Origin: a virus
DNA: 64,000 bases
Direction: 5' to 3' (one strand)
Virus record (IMG/VR): IMGVR_UViG_3300023084_000003
Of this stretch, positions 27,277-38,400 are shown one piece after another. Under the pieces are notes generated by a model. It had not been told where the DNA came from. It saw only the letters and a program-made list of their open reading frames with translations, and did not search any database. Position 1 is the first letter of the stretch; each line of letters starts with the position of its first letter. Made by a program: the position numbers and the translations under genes.

Positions 27277-28881
27277 TCATAATCTGAGGCCGTCGTCATC
27301 CCACAAACCTGGTGTGCTATCACCATCATCAACAAATCCAAACGGTAACATTTCTTCTTCAATTTGCTCGTCTGTTTTTTCTCTAAGTTTGATTAAAGTA
27401 TTTATGTCCGTTAAGTCTTTGAAATAAGGCTGTTCGGTCATCCATGCAAAAATAACTAGATTCATAACGAGGTCGTCGTGAAATCCAGGCTCTGCTTGGA
27501 ATGTATTAGCTTTCTTAGAAAAACGGTTCAATTCTTGAATGGTATCATAATCTCTAATAATAAGTTGGTTTTGTTCGATCAGCATCTTGACCATTGAACA
27601 ACCCGTTCCTTTTACAAGTTTTGTAGTTCTAATTCCATTATCGACCCGTTTACCGAATCCCCCAGTTAGAACTTTTCCGCTTCTTCCATTATTTGCGGTA
27701 TAAAGCAAATTCTCATATCCGTAATCAAGTAAGAGGACATCAGACACTTGTTCTCCGATGTCATTTATTTCAATTAGAATTGCAGCTTCATTATAAAGCT
27801 TACCAATTCTAAACAAGACCGAAGCATAATCAATCGGTCCAATTAAGTTATCTCTAAAGACGCCTACTTGTTGATAAGGCATTTCTGTAGTATCTATAAC
27901 ATTAAATGTAGAATAGTCTAGCCCTTTTCCTCTTGCAACGTCAGCAGTGATAACATAGTTTCTACCTTCTTCAGGTCTTTTGTATTGTATGAATCCTTCG
28001 CTCTTCATAATAGGTTGCTCTGGATACATTTCTTTAAGTTTAGATCCTGAGATCAAAGTACCAGAAGAACCTAAAAATTCACAGCAATATTCTTGTTCAA
28101 ATTTCTCTTGATCGTGGTCAAGTGATTCGATTGTTTCTTTACGCCATTTTTCATCTCGGCCAGGAACATCATGCCACATTACCTTAACGAATTCATAGCC
28201 GTTTGTGCCTTCTTCTGCACCTTTGCATGTTTTCCAAAAATGGTTCAAACCATTGGGTGTAGAGGTCATAAGAAGCTTTGTGGATTCACCAGATGAAATA
28301 GTTGGGTATACTGAAGCGAAAAACTCATCGTAACCCTCGATGAAAGCCACCTCATCTAGATATAGAAAGTTAACAGATTTACCACGAATTGCGCTAGAAG
28401 ATGTAGTACCAGCAAGTACCTGACACCCATTTTCTAATGCAATATTGCCTTTGTTCCACTCTTCTATGCCCTGCTGTAGCCATTTAGGTAATGCTTCATA
28501 AGCTAACTTAACTCGTGCCATAACCTCTCTTGAGGCATCTCCTTTGTTTGCGAGAATGGCTACTGTTTTAAATTCATTAAACAAGATGTAATGAAGAATT
28601 ACTGCGACAGCTGTTGTTGTTTTACCAGACTGACGAGCTGTAAGAACTGCAACTCTACGATTGTTAAAGATCTTGTCCGCAATCTCTTTTTGATAATCAT
28701 ACATTTCAAAAGGAACTAATCCTCTATCAACATGAACAATCTTAATATATTCTTTTGCAAAGTAAATAGGATCGTCTGCACACTTCATATACTCTTTGAG
28801 AAGCTCTGGTGTCCACTCAATCTGTTCTCCAACACGTTTTAGATTAGTGTTACCGAGGTAACCTTTCATCAACTCAAACAT
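27277..28881 (-). CDS. gp17: Terminase large subunit
   Basis: ARQSGKTT Walker A, YLDEVAF Walker B, STPNG.NHF, DVARG.G.DYS, HDDLVM. Confidence 0.98.
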   Translation of the reverse strand: MFELMKGYLGNTNLKRVGEQIEWTPELLKEYMKCADDPIYFAKEYIKIVHVDRGLVPFEMYDYQKEIADKIFNNRRVAVLTARQSGKTTTAVAVILHYILFNEFKTVAILANKGDASREVMARVKLAYEALPKWLQQGIEEWNKGNIALENGCQVLAGTTSSSAIRGKSVNFLYLDEVAFIEGYDEFFASVYPTISSGESTKLLMTSTPNGLNHFWKTCKGAEEGTNGYEFVKVMWHDVPGRDEKWRKETIESLDHDQEKFEQEYCCEFLGSSGTLISGSKLKEMYPEQPIMKSEGFIQYKRPEEGRNYVITADVARGKGLDYSTFNVIDTTEMPYQQVGVFRDNLIGPIDYASVLFRIGKLYNEAAILIEINDIGEQVSDVLLLDYGYENLLYTANNGRSGKVLTGGFGKRVDNGIRTTKLVKGTGCSMVKMLIEQNQLIIRDYDTIQELNRFSKKANTFQAEPGFHDDLVMNLVIFAWMTEQPYFKDLTDINTLIKLREKTDEQIEEEMLPFGFVDDGDSTPGLWDDDGLRL

Positions 28882-29314
28882 CGTTGTCGCCTTTAATCAT
28901 TTTTAGAAGATCTGCCGTTGATACTATTAGATTGTTATTTGTAATGTTTGTTTCTTGCTGCTTAGGTGCATCTAATTCTTCTTTTGCGAACTTCTTCTTA
29001 GTTGAAATATCTGCAAAATCTTTGTTAGCGTCTAGCATAGTTTTCATTAATGTAGAAACAACTTCGAATGCTCTTGGCTGTTCTGATTGTTTTGCAATCT
29101 CAAGCATCTCTCTCATTGCTTCTTCACCAGTTGCCATAACACCTTGAATGTTTTGACGTACTTGCTCTAGATCACGAAGGTTCTCGTCATCGCCCTCACT
29201 AACAATCGCAGGAGGTGCTGGTTCTTCGATTATCGCAGGAGCGGTGATTTCTTCCTCTTTAATTTCTTTTAGAGGAGTTAACCCTAGGCTTTGAGCAATT
29301 CTATCATCTGACAT
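28874..29314 (-). CDS. gp16: Terminase small subunit
   Basis: A...EQPRAFEVV..L and NNNL..STADLLKM motifs; upstream of gp17. Confidence 0.9.
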   Translation of the reverse strand: MSDDRIAQSLGLTPLKEIKEEEITAPAIIEEPAPPAIVSEGDDENLRDLEQVRQNIQGVMATGEEAMREMLEIAKQSEQPRAFEVVSTLMKTMLDANKDFADISTKKKFAKEELDAPKQQETNITNNNLIVSTADLLKMIKGDNDV

Positions 29315-29317
29315 TCT

Positions 29318-31420
29318 TTATTCCTCATAATCAACCACTACACTAATGACACCCCAGTCGTCGTCTTCTTCAATATCTTGATACCAAATAGTGTTGTTTG
29401 CTGGAGCGTCAACCGTAACTGATGGAACAGTAAGGTAACCCTTACCAGCATTTGTTATTGTAATACTACTTATATTTCCGTTAACATCGACAGCAGCAGT
29501 CGCTGTAGCAGTATTAGATGTTGGAGGATCTATAGTAATTACTGGATTCACATAAAACTTACCAGGATCAGTAACAGTTATGCTGTCAACCAAACCGTTG
29601 TTAATAGTAGCAGTTGCGGTAGCAGCATAATCACTTGGGTTTCCTGTTGCTGCACTGAATGATATGGCTGGAGCAGAACTATAATTAGATCCACCATTAG
29701 TAAGATTAATCGCCACAACTTCGCCCGCTATAACTTGAGCATTCGCGGTTGCTATATTTTTGTCAAAGTTGGATGTTAAAAAATCACCTGTTGATGCTAC
29801 AGTCGGTATAGCAGTGTTAGGAGTGATAACAGTAATTTCGTTAAATGCTATATTATCTATAGAACCAATAAACCCATCTTTTACGCTAGTTCCAGCAATT
29901 GAAGTTACAGGATCGTCTGCTCCAACTCTAATAAGTTGGAAAGTTCTATTAATAGATCCGCCACCTGGACTTTGTAGATTGCTTACTGTTCCATTAACAG
30001 AAATTCTAGCCTGAACACCGACGTGTTCAATTCTTACAAAATTCCAATCATTGGGTACAAAACTAATGTTCAATGATATATTGTTAGGGCCGAAAGAGTA
30101 ATAGACCGCTGTAGGGCTATACCACACTTTCCATCTATCACCCCATAGAATAACAGTATCTGCAGTAGGTGTTGCCGTTGGATAATACCAGAATTCAAGA
30201 CTAAAACCATCTCCAGTACCTGTATCAATATCAGTTGCGGGATAACCTAGATCAGTTTTAGAAGTAACATTGTTGTGAGCCAATGCATCATCGCCGAACT
30301 TAAATACTGAAGAGTTAGATGGAGGTGGAGCAATAGTAACCGTTGGAGGCAAAGAATAATATCTACCGCCTTCAGTAAGCGTAATTGAATCAACAACCCC
30401 AGCCGTTACGTTAGCAGTAGCTTCTGGTAGCTGAGCAGGCCCATCTGGATTTGAAATAGAAACATTTGGAACGGTTGAATAATATCCACCACTATTAGTT
30501 AAGTCAATAGAAGTAATAAGCTCATTTGTAACTGTTGCAGATGCTGTTGCGGTTACGATAGAAGGAGGAGTGATTGTAACTCCCGGAACGTTATTAGCAT
30601 CATAGCCTTCACCATCACTTACAACTGAAACGCTAGAAACTCCTCCGTTTGCAATTGATGCAATAGCGCTAGCAGTAGCCACTGGTTGTGTAACTGGATT
30701 TCCATCAGGACTCAAGCCTGGATATACTTGCACTTGTTCTTGGAACGCAGCATTTGTAGCAGTATCAGAAGATAGATTAGCTTCAACAAATTTAATAACT
30801 TTCTTCTCTTTGATTGGCCCGAAGTACCAACCTTTAAGAGTAAAAGAAAGAGTATGAAGAACAGATTGACGGGTTTCAAAGTCACCTTCATATAGTTCTT
30901 CTACTGTAATGCCATTTAGAACGACGGGAATATCAATTGGATCAATATCATCCATCATTCTTGCAGTTACGGTCCAATCTGGTGTAAAGAATGGAATAAT
31001 TTGCTCAAGAAGCTTTGTGGCGTCTTCTGAATACTTTGTCATGATATACAAAGAGAAGTCTAAATTATATGGAACCGGAGAATAAAGAATGTTTCTATTA
31101 TCTTCATTATCTTCTGCAGTTGTCGTATAGACTTTTCTTGTAGTGCTGATCTTACGAGCGGGATCGTAGAACATATTTGTAATTTCAAAAGACATGCGAG
31201 GCAATTGAATCGCAGCTCTTCTACTATTAAGAAGGTTTGCATCCTGCTGTACTCTTGCCAATACTTTCTGGAATGGAGCATAGGAAAGAGGTACAATAAT
31301 ATCTTGTGATACGGTTCCATCATTGGTTGTTCGTTTAATCTTTAACTGATTAAAGAGCGTACCAAACAGGGCAACATATTTTCTTGTTGTTTGATTATAG
31401 AAGTAATTTGCTATTGCCAT
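29318..31420 (-). CDS. gp15: Tail sheath stabiliser/terminator with long C-terminal extension
   Basis: N-terminal gp15 motifs (YFYNQT.RKYV..FG.LF, VPL.YAP..K, LPRMSFE); repeats and a LamG-like insert follow. Confidence 0.85.
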   Translation of the reverse strand: MAIANYFYNQTTRKYVALFGTLFNQLKIKRTTNDGTVSQDIIVPLSYAPFQKVLARVQQDANLLNSRRAAIQLPRMSFEITNMFYDPARKISTTRKVYTTTAEDNEDNRNILYSPVPYNLDFSLYIMTKYSEDATKLLEQIIPFFTPDWTVTARMMDDIDPIDIPVVLNGITVEELYEGDFETRQSVLHTLSFTLKGWYFGPIKEKKVIKFVEANLSSDTATNAAFQEQVQVYPGLSPDGNPVTQPVATASAIASIANGGVSSVSVVSDGEGYDANNVPGVTITPPSIVTATASATVTNELITSIDLTNSGGYYSTVPNVSISNPDGPAQLPEATANVTAGVVDSITLTEGGRYYSLPPTVTIAPPPSNSSVFKFGDDALAHNNVTSKTDLGYPATDIDTGTGDGFSLEFWYYPTATPTADTVILWGDRWKVWYSPTAVYYSFGPNNISLNISFVPNDWNFVRIEHVGVQARISVNGTVSNLQSPGGGSINRTFQLIRVGADDPVTSIAGTSVKDGFIGSIDNIAFNEITVITPNTAIPTVASTGDFLTSNFDKNIATANAQVIAGEVVAINLTNGGSNYSSAPAISFSAATGNPSDYAATATATINNGLVDSITVTDPGKFYVNPVITIDPPTSNTATATAAVDVNGNISSITITNAGKGYLTVPSVTVDAPANNTIWYQDIEEDDDWGVISVVVDYEE

Positions 31421-31422
31421 AG

Positions 31423-32112
31423 TTATGAATCCTGAATATCAAGTACTTCACTGAACGGGTCTGTTTCAGAGAAGTCTAGAATATCGTCTGCAGCCTGTTC
31501 AATGAATAGGTTATCAGCGAATGAGTTTGATGTATTGGAAACGGCTGTAAGAGTAGATCTAGAGGCTGTTGTAACATCCATATTATTAAGTGTAAAGTAT
31601 TCATCAATATCAGGAATACCCGTGTCGAATCTTTGACCTGATGCTTCGATTAATTCACAACGTAGGTCGTATACTTGTAATGCGCCAGATTGATAGAATA
31701 CACTCTCGTGCTCAACATATTTGATCTCATACATCTTCTGATTAAGTGGGAAGAATATGATATCACCTTCAAGAGGTCGTACTTTATTTTGATCTTCTTT
31801 AGTAACAAATCTTTCAAATGTGCGAATTGCAACAGTAAAGGTGACAGAATCTCTAATCTCAAGACCAAACTTAGATAGGAAGTCTCCTTCGCCTTCAAAT
31901 CCATCAACATTTTTAACATAAGCTTCAAAGTTAAATGTTTCATCATACAGCGGCATATCGTCTTCATTAAAGATACTATCCTCACCTTGGATAGATCTCG
32001 TAACATAGATAACATCAAGACCATAGATCTGAATCGATTCGATCACCAGATCGTCGATTAAGTTCTGTTCGTTGAAGTTATCGTAGTTTCTGAAGAAAAC
32101 ATTGGTGGCCAT
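31423..32112 (-). CDS. gp14: Neck protein
   Basis: EQNLIDDLVIESIQIYG.DV.Y, FLSKFGLEIRD, RP.EGD.I.FP. Confidence 0.93.
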   Translation of the reverse strand: MATNVFFRNYDNFNEQNLIDDLVIESIQIYGLDVIYVTRSIQGEDSIFNEDDMPLYDETFNFEAYVKNVDGFEGEGDFLSKFGLEIRDSVTFTVAIRTFERFVTKEDQNKVRPLEGDIIFFPLNQKMYEIKYVEHESVFYQSGALQVYDLRCELIEASGQRFDTGIPDIDEYFTLNNMDVTTASRSTLTAVSNTSNSFADNLFIEQAADDILDFSETDPFSEVLDIQDS

Positions 32113-32115
32113 GAT

Positions 32116-32859
32116 TTATCCAATAAAGTTGTACGTTAGTGGTTGAAGCGAGGAAATAGCATCTTCTTCCATCGCTCTTCTTTCTTCTCGTGCCTCCGCT
32201 AGAATTTGCTCTCCATTAAATGAAACACCACCAACAAGTTGCATGTTATTAAATTTAGTAAGATTCAAACCCCATTGCTCTCTTACAAGAACAGCAGAAT
32301 AGTTTTGTAGCCAACGATCTGACCAGACTTCTTCATAGAAATCTTCATCTATTACGTCGTAAGCTTCGATAATAATATAGTTTCCTACAGCAGTTCTACT
32401 TGCATCTGCATCAATATACAATCTGTTTACATGTTTATTGTATCTAATAAGAGGTCTACCTACTAGAATTTCAGCCATAAATTCAATGTGAGACATAGTC
32501 ATGTAATATGATGAAACGTCGTATCCAGTAATGTCTCTTACGTTATTAAGTACAAACTGATAATTAACATTGAACATGCCTGTGCCAGAAGAAATAGATG
32601 ATCCAAGATCAAATACCTTCTGAATACCCAGCAATTTCTGAGGTAGTGTAATATATCCGTTGTCTTTGTCTTCTTGAGTAATCTGGTGCTTAAGATAAAC
32701 TAATTGGCTTCCATTGTAATGGTAATCTCTCCAAAAAGAAATAGCCTCGTCGATTCTATCTTCTACCTGTTCATCAGATACGTTAATTTGAATGACCGGC
32801 GCACCAATTTTTCTTAGGACATATTCTGTGAATTCTTCTCTTGATGTTGGCTGTGCCAT
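32116..32859 (-). CDS. gp13: Neck protein
   Basis: P.SREEF..Y.LR..GAPVI.INV..EQ..DRIDEA; QWG.NL.KF...QL.GGV..NG. Confidence 0.95.
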   Translation of the reverse strand: MAQPTSREEFTEYVLRKIGAPVIQINVSDEQVEDRIDEAISFWRDYHYNGSQLVYLKHQITQEDKDNGYITLPQKLLGIQKVFDLGSSISSGTGMFNVNYQFVLNNVRDITGYDVSSYYMTMSHIEFMAEILVGRPLIRYNKHVNRLYIDADASRTAVGNYIIIEAYDVIDEDFYEEVWSDRWLQNYSAVLVREQWGLNLTKFNNMQLVGGVSFNGEQILAEAREERRAMEEDAISSLQPLTYNFIG

Positions 32860-32870
32860 ATTTAATCCCC

Positions 32871-33203
32871 TTACGCCAACTCGCCTTTAACAATTATCTT
32901 GATATAGCTTGAGTTGGGAAATGTTTCGATCTGCCCGTTTGAATACTCAATTTCAAACTCTGCAGTATGTGAACCAACATTTGCTGTATCACCGGACTGC
33001 CATTCATACTTTACAATTCCTTTTGAAGCGTTCACGATAGAGCCGGCTCCTGATGATATCACAGCAGTGCCATTTTCTCTTTTCATATGAAATCTAACTG
33101 CAGACGCTGTTGCAAGTGATCTAGCTCTACCGTTTGAGTCGGTTAGGACAGCTTCAATCGATGGTGCCGTATCATTCTGCTTTATGTAAAAAGTAGCCGC
33201 CAT
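32871..33203 (-). CDS. BppU-N-like (baseplate upper protein) domain protein
   Basis: FYIKQNDT.P...GIV.Y.W...DT..G....EFEI.Y..G..ETFP motif. Confidence 0.7.
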   Translation of the reverse strand: MAATFYIKQNDTAPSIEAVLTDSNGRARSLATASAVRFHMKRENGTAVISSGAGSIVNASKGIVKYEWQSGDTANVGSHTAEFEIEYSNGQIETFPNSSYIKIIVKGELA

Positions 33204-33244
33204 TGCGCTTTTCTCCGAGTATTTTACTTTTATTTATTAAACTA

Positions 33245-34408
33245 CTAACGTAGTAGTTTTACATCAGTAGTGCCATTGGCTAACAATTTAACACCGTTAT
33301 CAGGATGATTTATGATAACACCGTTGTATCCGTTTCCAATAAATGACAAACCGTTTACGCCGTCTCTACTGTATATGTGTTCTGTAACATTAACACCCTT
33401 ACCTTTAAAGGTAAATCCAATAGTACCGGCTCCTTCACCATCACTAAACTGGGCAAGTCTACCTGAAAAATCAAATGAGTATGAAAGATTTAATCTACCA
33501 CGGTTTGATAGTAGACCTGTTGAAGCTACTGTAAATGAGATTACATTATTAGCTTCAGGGAACTGAGGATAAACATGTCTGCCCGCGAATTCATTTGTAA
33601 TATTAAATGTGCCCGCTGCTGCACCTGTAACGATTACATCACCTTCACCATCAAGAGTAAATCCAAACGAAGATACAGATGCCGTATCAGTTACTAGAAC
33701 ATCACCTTCAGTATTATTATTTGTAGTAACGTTAAATGTTACATCACCAACGCCTTTAACAACAACTTCACCTGTAGAAGATGCTGTAAATTCAGTAGTG
33801 ACAGAATTTGGAGATGGGGTCGATTGAGATATTGCGCTAACAAGAACTTCTGCAGATGCAGCAACTCCAAATGTAATGGTTCCTGCTGGGACTGCTTCGG
33901 CTTCGACAATAACATCACCTTCAGTATCATCTGAAGAGAAACTAAGAAGATTATTAGCAACACCAGCAATAATTACCTGGCCGACAGAGTTGGCCGTGTA
34001 GTCTACTGTGCCTACAAAATTACCAACACGTTTCTTAGATTCCGCATAAAGATCAAAGTCAAGGCTGCTGTTAAGCTGGCCGTCTATAATATTGATTGCT
34101 GATGATTGTAAAGTAGGTGTGATTGGATATACAACTGCGCCGAATGATTCTGCTATAATCTTTACATCGCCTTCAGCACTTAATGAGAACCCAACCTCAC
34201 CTTCAGGATAAGTAACAGTACCTGCAATATCTACTTCACCAGTGGTAGGCTGAGTTGTCTCGAACGAGAGGGTAGCATTCATCTGCCCCCAAATTTCTTT
34301 GAGACCTTCAGATTCTAATGTAAATGCCAGCGTTTTTTCTAAAGAAGCTTCGATGCCAGGTTGATCCTGAGCTGAAGGTGCTGCCGCTGGAGGAATAAAT
34401 CCTAACAT
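33245..34408 (-). CDS. Structural hypothetical protein with (E/T)G(D/E)V(I/V)V repeats
   Basis: G/T/S/V-rich beta-type sequence with about 6 short repeats in the late operon. Confidence 0.6.
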   Translation of the reverse strand: MLGFIPPAAAPSAQDQPGIEASLEKTLAFTLESEGLKEIWGQMNATLSFETTQPTTGEVDIAGTVTYPEGEVGFSLSAEGDVKIIAESFGAVVYPITPTLQSSAINIIDGQLNSSLDFDLYAESKKRVGNFVGTVDYTANSVGQVIIAGVANNLLSFSSDDTEGDVIVEAEAVPAGTITFGVAASAEVLVSAISQSTPSPNSVTTEFTASSTGEVVVKGVGDVTFNVTTNNNTEGDVLVTDTASVSSFGFTLDGEGDVIVTGAAAGTFNITNEFAGRHVYPQFPEANNVISFTVASTGLLSNRGRLNLSYSFDFSGRLAQFSDGEGAGTIGFTFKGKGVNVTEHIYSRDGVNGLSFIGNGYNGVIINHPDNGVKLLANGTTDVKLLR

Positions 34409-34421
34409 CTGTTTTTACCTC

Positions 34422-35429
34422 TTAGACGCTTCCATAAACTGTTCCTGTCCATGTTCCTTGAGTAAAAGTTCCACTTATAGCAGCACCACCGGCGCCACCG
34501 GTACCGCCACCGCCGTTTCCTCCAGCTGCGCCCCAGCCTCCGCCAGATCCTGCTGCTGTAGTAGAACTACGAGAATCTGATCCGCCGGTAGTGCCTGGAT
34601 TTCCCGCAGAACCGCCCGCTGCGCCAGAAATACTATTACTTGAGCCAGATCCAGCATTGCTTAAAAAACCACCAGTACCTCCAGTGCCTGGCAAAATACG
34701 TCCGCCAGCGCCCCCGCCACCATTAAAGCTCGTGCCTTCATCCCAGAATGTTACTCCAGAACCACCACCTGCGCCACCGCCGTGACCGCCTTCCGTACCT
34801 CTAGCGCCGTTAGGACCATCTGTTCCTACATTTCCAACTGATCCACCAGCATTACCAGAAGGTCCTCCAGATCCGCCGCCTGCACCACCACCGCCGCCTG
34901 CTCTCCATCCATAGGCTGCACTAGAGCTTGCTCCGCCACCACCGCCGCCTGCGATGAAGGCACCGGCTAAATTATTAATAGTAACAGAATCAGACGTAGT
35001 TATGATAATAGCATCGCCGCCATTACCGCCATTACCGGCACCACCGCCGGCACCACCTTTACCTATAATATAGCCTTCATTATTAATAGTAACACCGTTT
35101 GGGAAGGATCCAGCAATAGTCAATCCTGCGCCATTAATATCATTAGACCAAACATAAACTCCAGAAGATATATTTAAGGTTACGGCAGAAGTTCCATCCC
35201 AGCCTTGCGCAGTAGCATAAGTTGCAAGATCCATCTCTTGAGTGTTTGTAGAAACAGTGAAGCCAGCAGATGCACCATAAAACTGGTTGAAACTAGATGC
35301 AGAACCAGAAGCTTTACCTATAAGGTCTCTAATATCTTGGTCATTAAGAGTACACAGAGTTCCACTGGTACCTCCAGCTTCTATGTGCAGGTCATTGATA
35401 GAAATTGCACCTGATGCTTGTAGAGCCAT
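34422..35429 (-). CDS. Glycine-rich adhesin, T2/S16 gp38-like
   Basis: VTINNEGYIIGKGGAGG and repeated GGGGG motifs, C-terminal GWGAAGG; directly after a fibre gene. Confidence 0.7.
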   Translation of the reverse strand: MALQASGAISINDLHIEAGGTSGTLCTLNDQDIRDLIGKASGSASSFNQFYGASAGFTVSTNTQEMDLATYATAQGWDGTSAVTLNISSGVYVWSNDINGAGLTIAGSFPNGVTINNEGYIIGKGGAGGGAGNGGNGGDAIIITTSDSVTINNLAGAFIAGGGGGGASSSAAYGWRAGGGGGAGGGSGGPSGNAGGSVGNVGTDGPNGARGTEGGHGGGAGGGSGVTFWDEGTSFNGGGGAGGRILPGTGGTGGFLSNAGSGSSNSISGAAGGSAGNPGTTGGSDSRSSTTAAGSGGGWGAAGGNGGGGTGGAGGAAISGTFTQGTWTGTVYGSV

Positions 35430-38400
35430 TAGACTGTTCCATAACCGGTCACGTTACCTGTCACTGTTAGATTACCGTTGGAATCTATTTTCATTTTATT
35501 AGAACCGCTGTGAGAGAATATAAGCTCACCAGACACAGACGTTATAGTCCAGTCACCCATGCTAACCTGCATTTCTCCAGTTGACGAGATAATTTGATAC
35601 CCGCTTACGTTCGTATTAATTTGGAGTGTATCAGTGCCGTTTGTTACTGTAACGGCGCCGGCAGATCCTGTAGTAGTTTTAAGTTCAATACCAGTAGATT
35701 TTGTAGCAAATCTTTGCGTTCCGTAATGGAAAAGCTGAGCCTCACCACTAGATCCATCAGCTTTGAAATATTCTGAGCCACCATATGAATTATCAGATCG
35801 AGATCCTAAGATTCTTACATCATGAGAAGCTCCAACTCCTGCTGCCCATAATACAAGATCTCCGTGCCAACTTCTAATATAGCCACTGCTATTTAAATGT
35901 TGAATCTCTAAATCGGGACATTGAGTGTTTGTTCCAAGAATATTAACAAGGCCGCCAGCTCCCATATTAATAGAAGATGTATCACTGAAAGTAGCATCTA
36001 CGTTACCGCCAAAATTTAAATAACCATTAACAACATCTGTTCTATCAGATTGAGTTAATAATCTCCAGCTACCCGCATGGCTAATTATAGCTTGACCCGT
36101 AGAGCTTGCTTTAATTATTTCTTGACTAGATGCATTTTGAATAAACAAATCTTGCGCTTGAATATACAATGATTCATTTAGCGATCTAATAACGTTGTTT
36201 CCGCCGTAGTTTGACTCATGCGCGATTTCCATGTCGCTACCAGCGCCAAAATAGATATAATCATAGTCTCCCATGCGGATATGCTTGTTATTTGAATCTA
36301 AATCACCACCAAGTTGTGGTGTCGTATCTTCTACAACATTAGAAATGGCGCTCAGGTTTGTTAAACCGCTACCATCACCGCTAAATGCTGTTGCGGTAGC
36401 TGTACCTGTTATTGTGACACCACTTGCGTTTGTTGCTAACTTTACTCCACCATCGGCACCACCGTTTGTGCTATAATCACCCCAATGCATTTCAGCAGCA
36501 CCAGTTGATCCGTCTGCTACAAAGTAGTTAGCAATGCCTCCAGATCCATTATCAGTTTGGATCTTAACATCGTAGTCATTAGCACTGTTACGAATTGTAA
36601 GATCCCAATTTATATTTTCTATATAAGTGTTACCAAAGTGATAGATTTTAAGATCATTTGAAGCACCAAAAGTTAACATATTAGTGGTACTTCCATTGCT
36701 GTCACCAAAATTGATTTGATTACCGTTTGTATCAAGAGCACCACCAAGCTGTGGAGTAGTATCTTGTACAAGACTTGTAAATGATTCAGACGTTAGATAT
36801 CCAGCAGCCGAATGGTCTCCCCAGCCATATGCCGTGTTCCAGTTTGCGCTATTGTCCGTAACAATAGAGTAGGAACCTGCAGTTGCGCCTCGTTTCATAA
36901 GACCTTGCGATGTAAAATCACCATCAACAACTACATCAGCGTGTGAAGTTTGGGATGTAAGATAACGACCATCTAAATCCACAGTTAAAGCTGTTAAGCC
37001 AGATCTATTAACAGTTAATATTCCGTTTGTAGTATTAAATGATAGACTTGACGCATAGTTGTTTGTATCAGTATAACTTGTAAGATAACCTTGTGTCGAA
37101 TGGTCTCCCCAGCTATATGCAGTATTCCAGTTAGCACTATTATCTGTAACAATAGAGTAGGAACCAGCCGAAGCTCCTCTTTTCATAAGTCCTTGAGAAC
37201 CAAAGTCGCCGTCAACAACTACGTCGGCATGAGATGTTTGGCTTGTTAAGTAACCAACCTGTGCATGATCGCCCCAGCCATGTGCTGTGTCTGCCTTAGT
37301 GCCTTGGGCAGCCGTTGCATAATCTGTAGATGCGGTAGTTGCAGCAGTTCCTAAACCTAAGTTAGTTCTTGCTGTCGCAGCATTAGTTAGATCTGATAGG
37401 TTTGAAGCTTTAGCAAGTTTTGTGCCAATATTAGTTGCAGTCGTGGTTGCAAAGTTTGCATCGTCACCTAAAGCAGCAGCCAACTCATTAAGAGTATTAA
37501 GCGCTGCTGGTGCTGAATCTACCACACCCGCTACTGCTGTATCTACATATGAGGTTGTTGCGTATCCTTCAACACCATGATCTCCCCAACTATAGGCTGT
37601 ATCCCAGTTTGACGAGTTTGTAACTGCAGTATTTAGAGCAGTCGTTGTAGCATATCCTTGTGAAGCATGATTACCCCAGCTGTATGCAGTATCCCAGTTG
37701 GCTGAGTTTGCGGTCTTAGTGTTTACATAGGTGATTGTAGAATAACCTTCGACACCGTGGTCGCCCCAGCTGTATGCAGTATCCCAGTTAGATGAGTTTG
37801 TAACTGCAGTATTAAGAGCTGCTTGTGTTGCGTAGGTTTGGAGGTCTGTAATCTGACTCTCAGTAATTCTAAGATCAGTTTGGTGCTGTGTAACACTCGT
37901 ATTAGATACGTAAGCATCAGGAACTATGTCCCATGTTACTACAGATGAAAGATCGTTTGTTTCTGGAGGATAGTTAATGTCACTTAACAGAGCAAACGTT
38001 CCAGAACCAGCTGGAATAGTATGAGAGTTAAGTGTACCTGTAAGAGTAATACCACCACTTACTGTAGCAATTACCTCAGATCCATCATACATAATTTTAG
38101 CAGAACCTGAAGCACCTTCAGCTTTAAAGTAAGTTGCTAATCCATTGTCTGCTGAATTTCTAGCTCTAATATTGACATCGCCATGCGTACCTGCAGAAAA
38201 ACTGCCAGTCTGGTTGAGATTCATATCTCCATTATTGGTAAGGATTCCAAAACCAGAACCAGTTGTAAACATATGAGCGTCAGGTATTGATGTATTAGCA
38301 CCAAATTGCAAACGGTTATTTTCATCTATGGTCATCCACCCAGTGGATCCATCGATTTTAACCCAGCTAGTATTTGTTGCTGTCCAAGTTTGCTCACCTG

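Noticed and set aside
23077-28881. Possible introns, inteins or homing endonucleases in gp20, gp18 or gp17
   Set aside because: All have normal lengths and continuous motifs; no LAGLIDADG, HNH or intein signatures recognised.
36800-37830. Spaced near-identical repeats resembling a CRISPR array or DGR template/variable pair
   Set aside because: They are in-frame protein repeats differing mainly at synonymous positions, not adenine-specific; no reverse transcriptase in the window.
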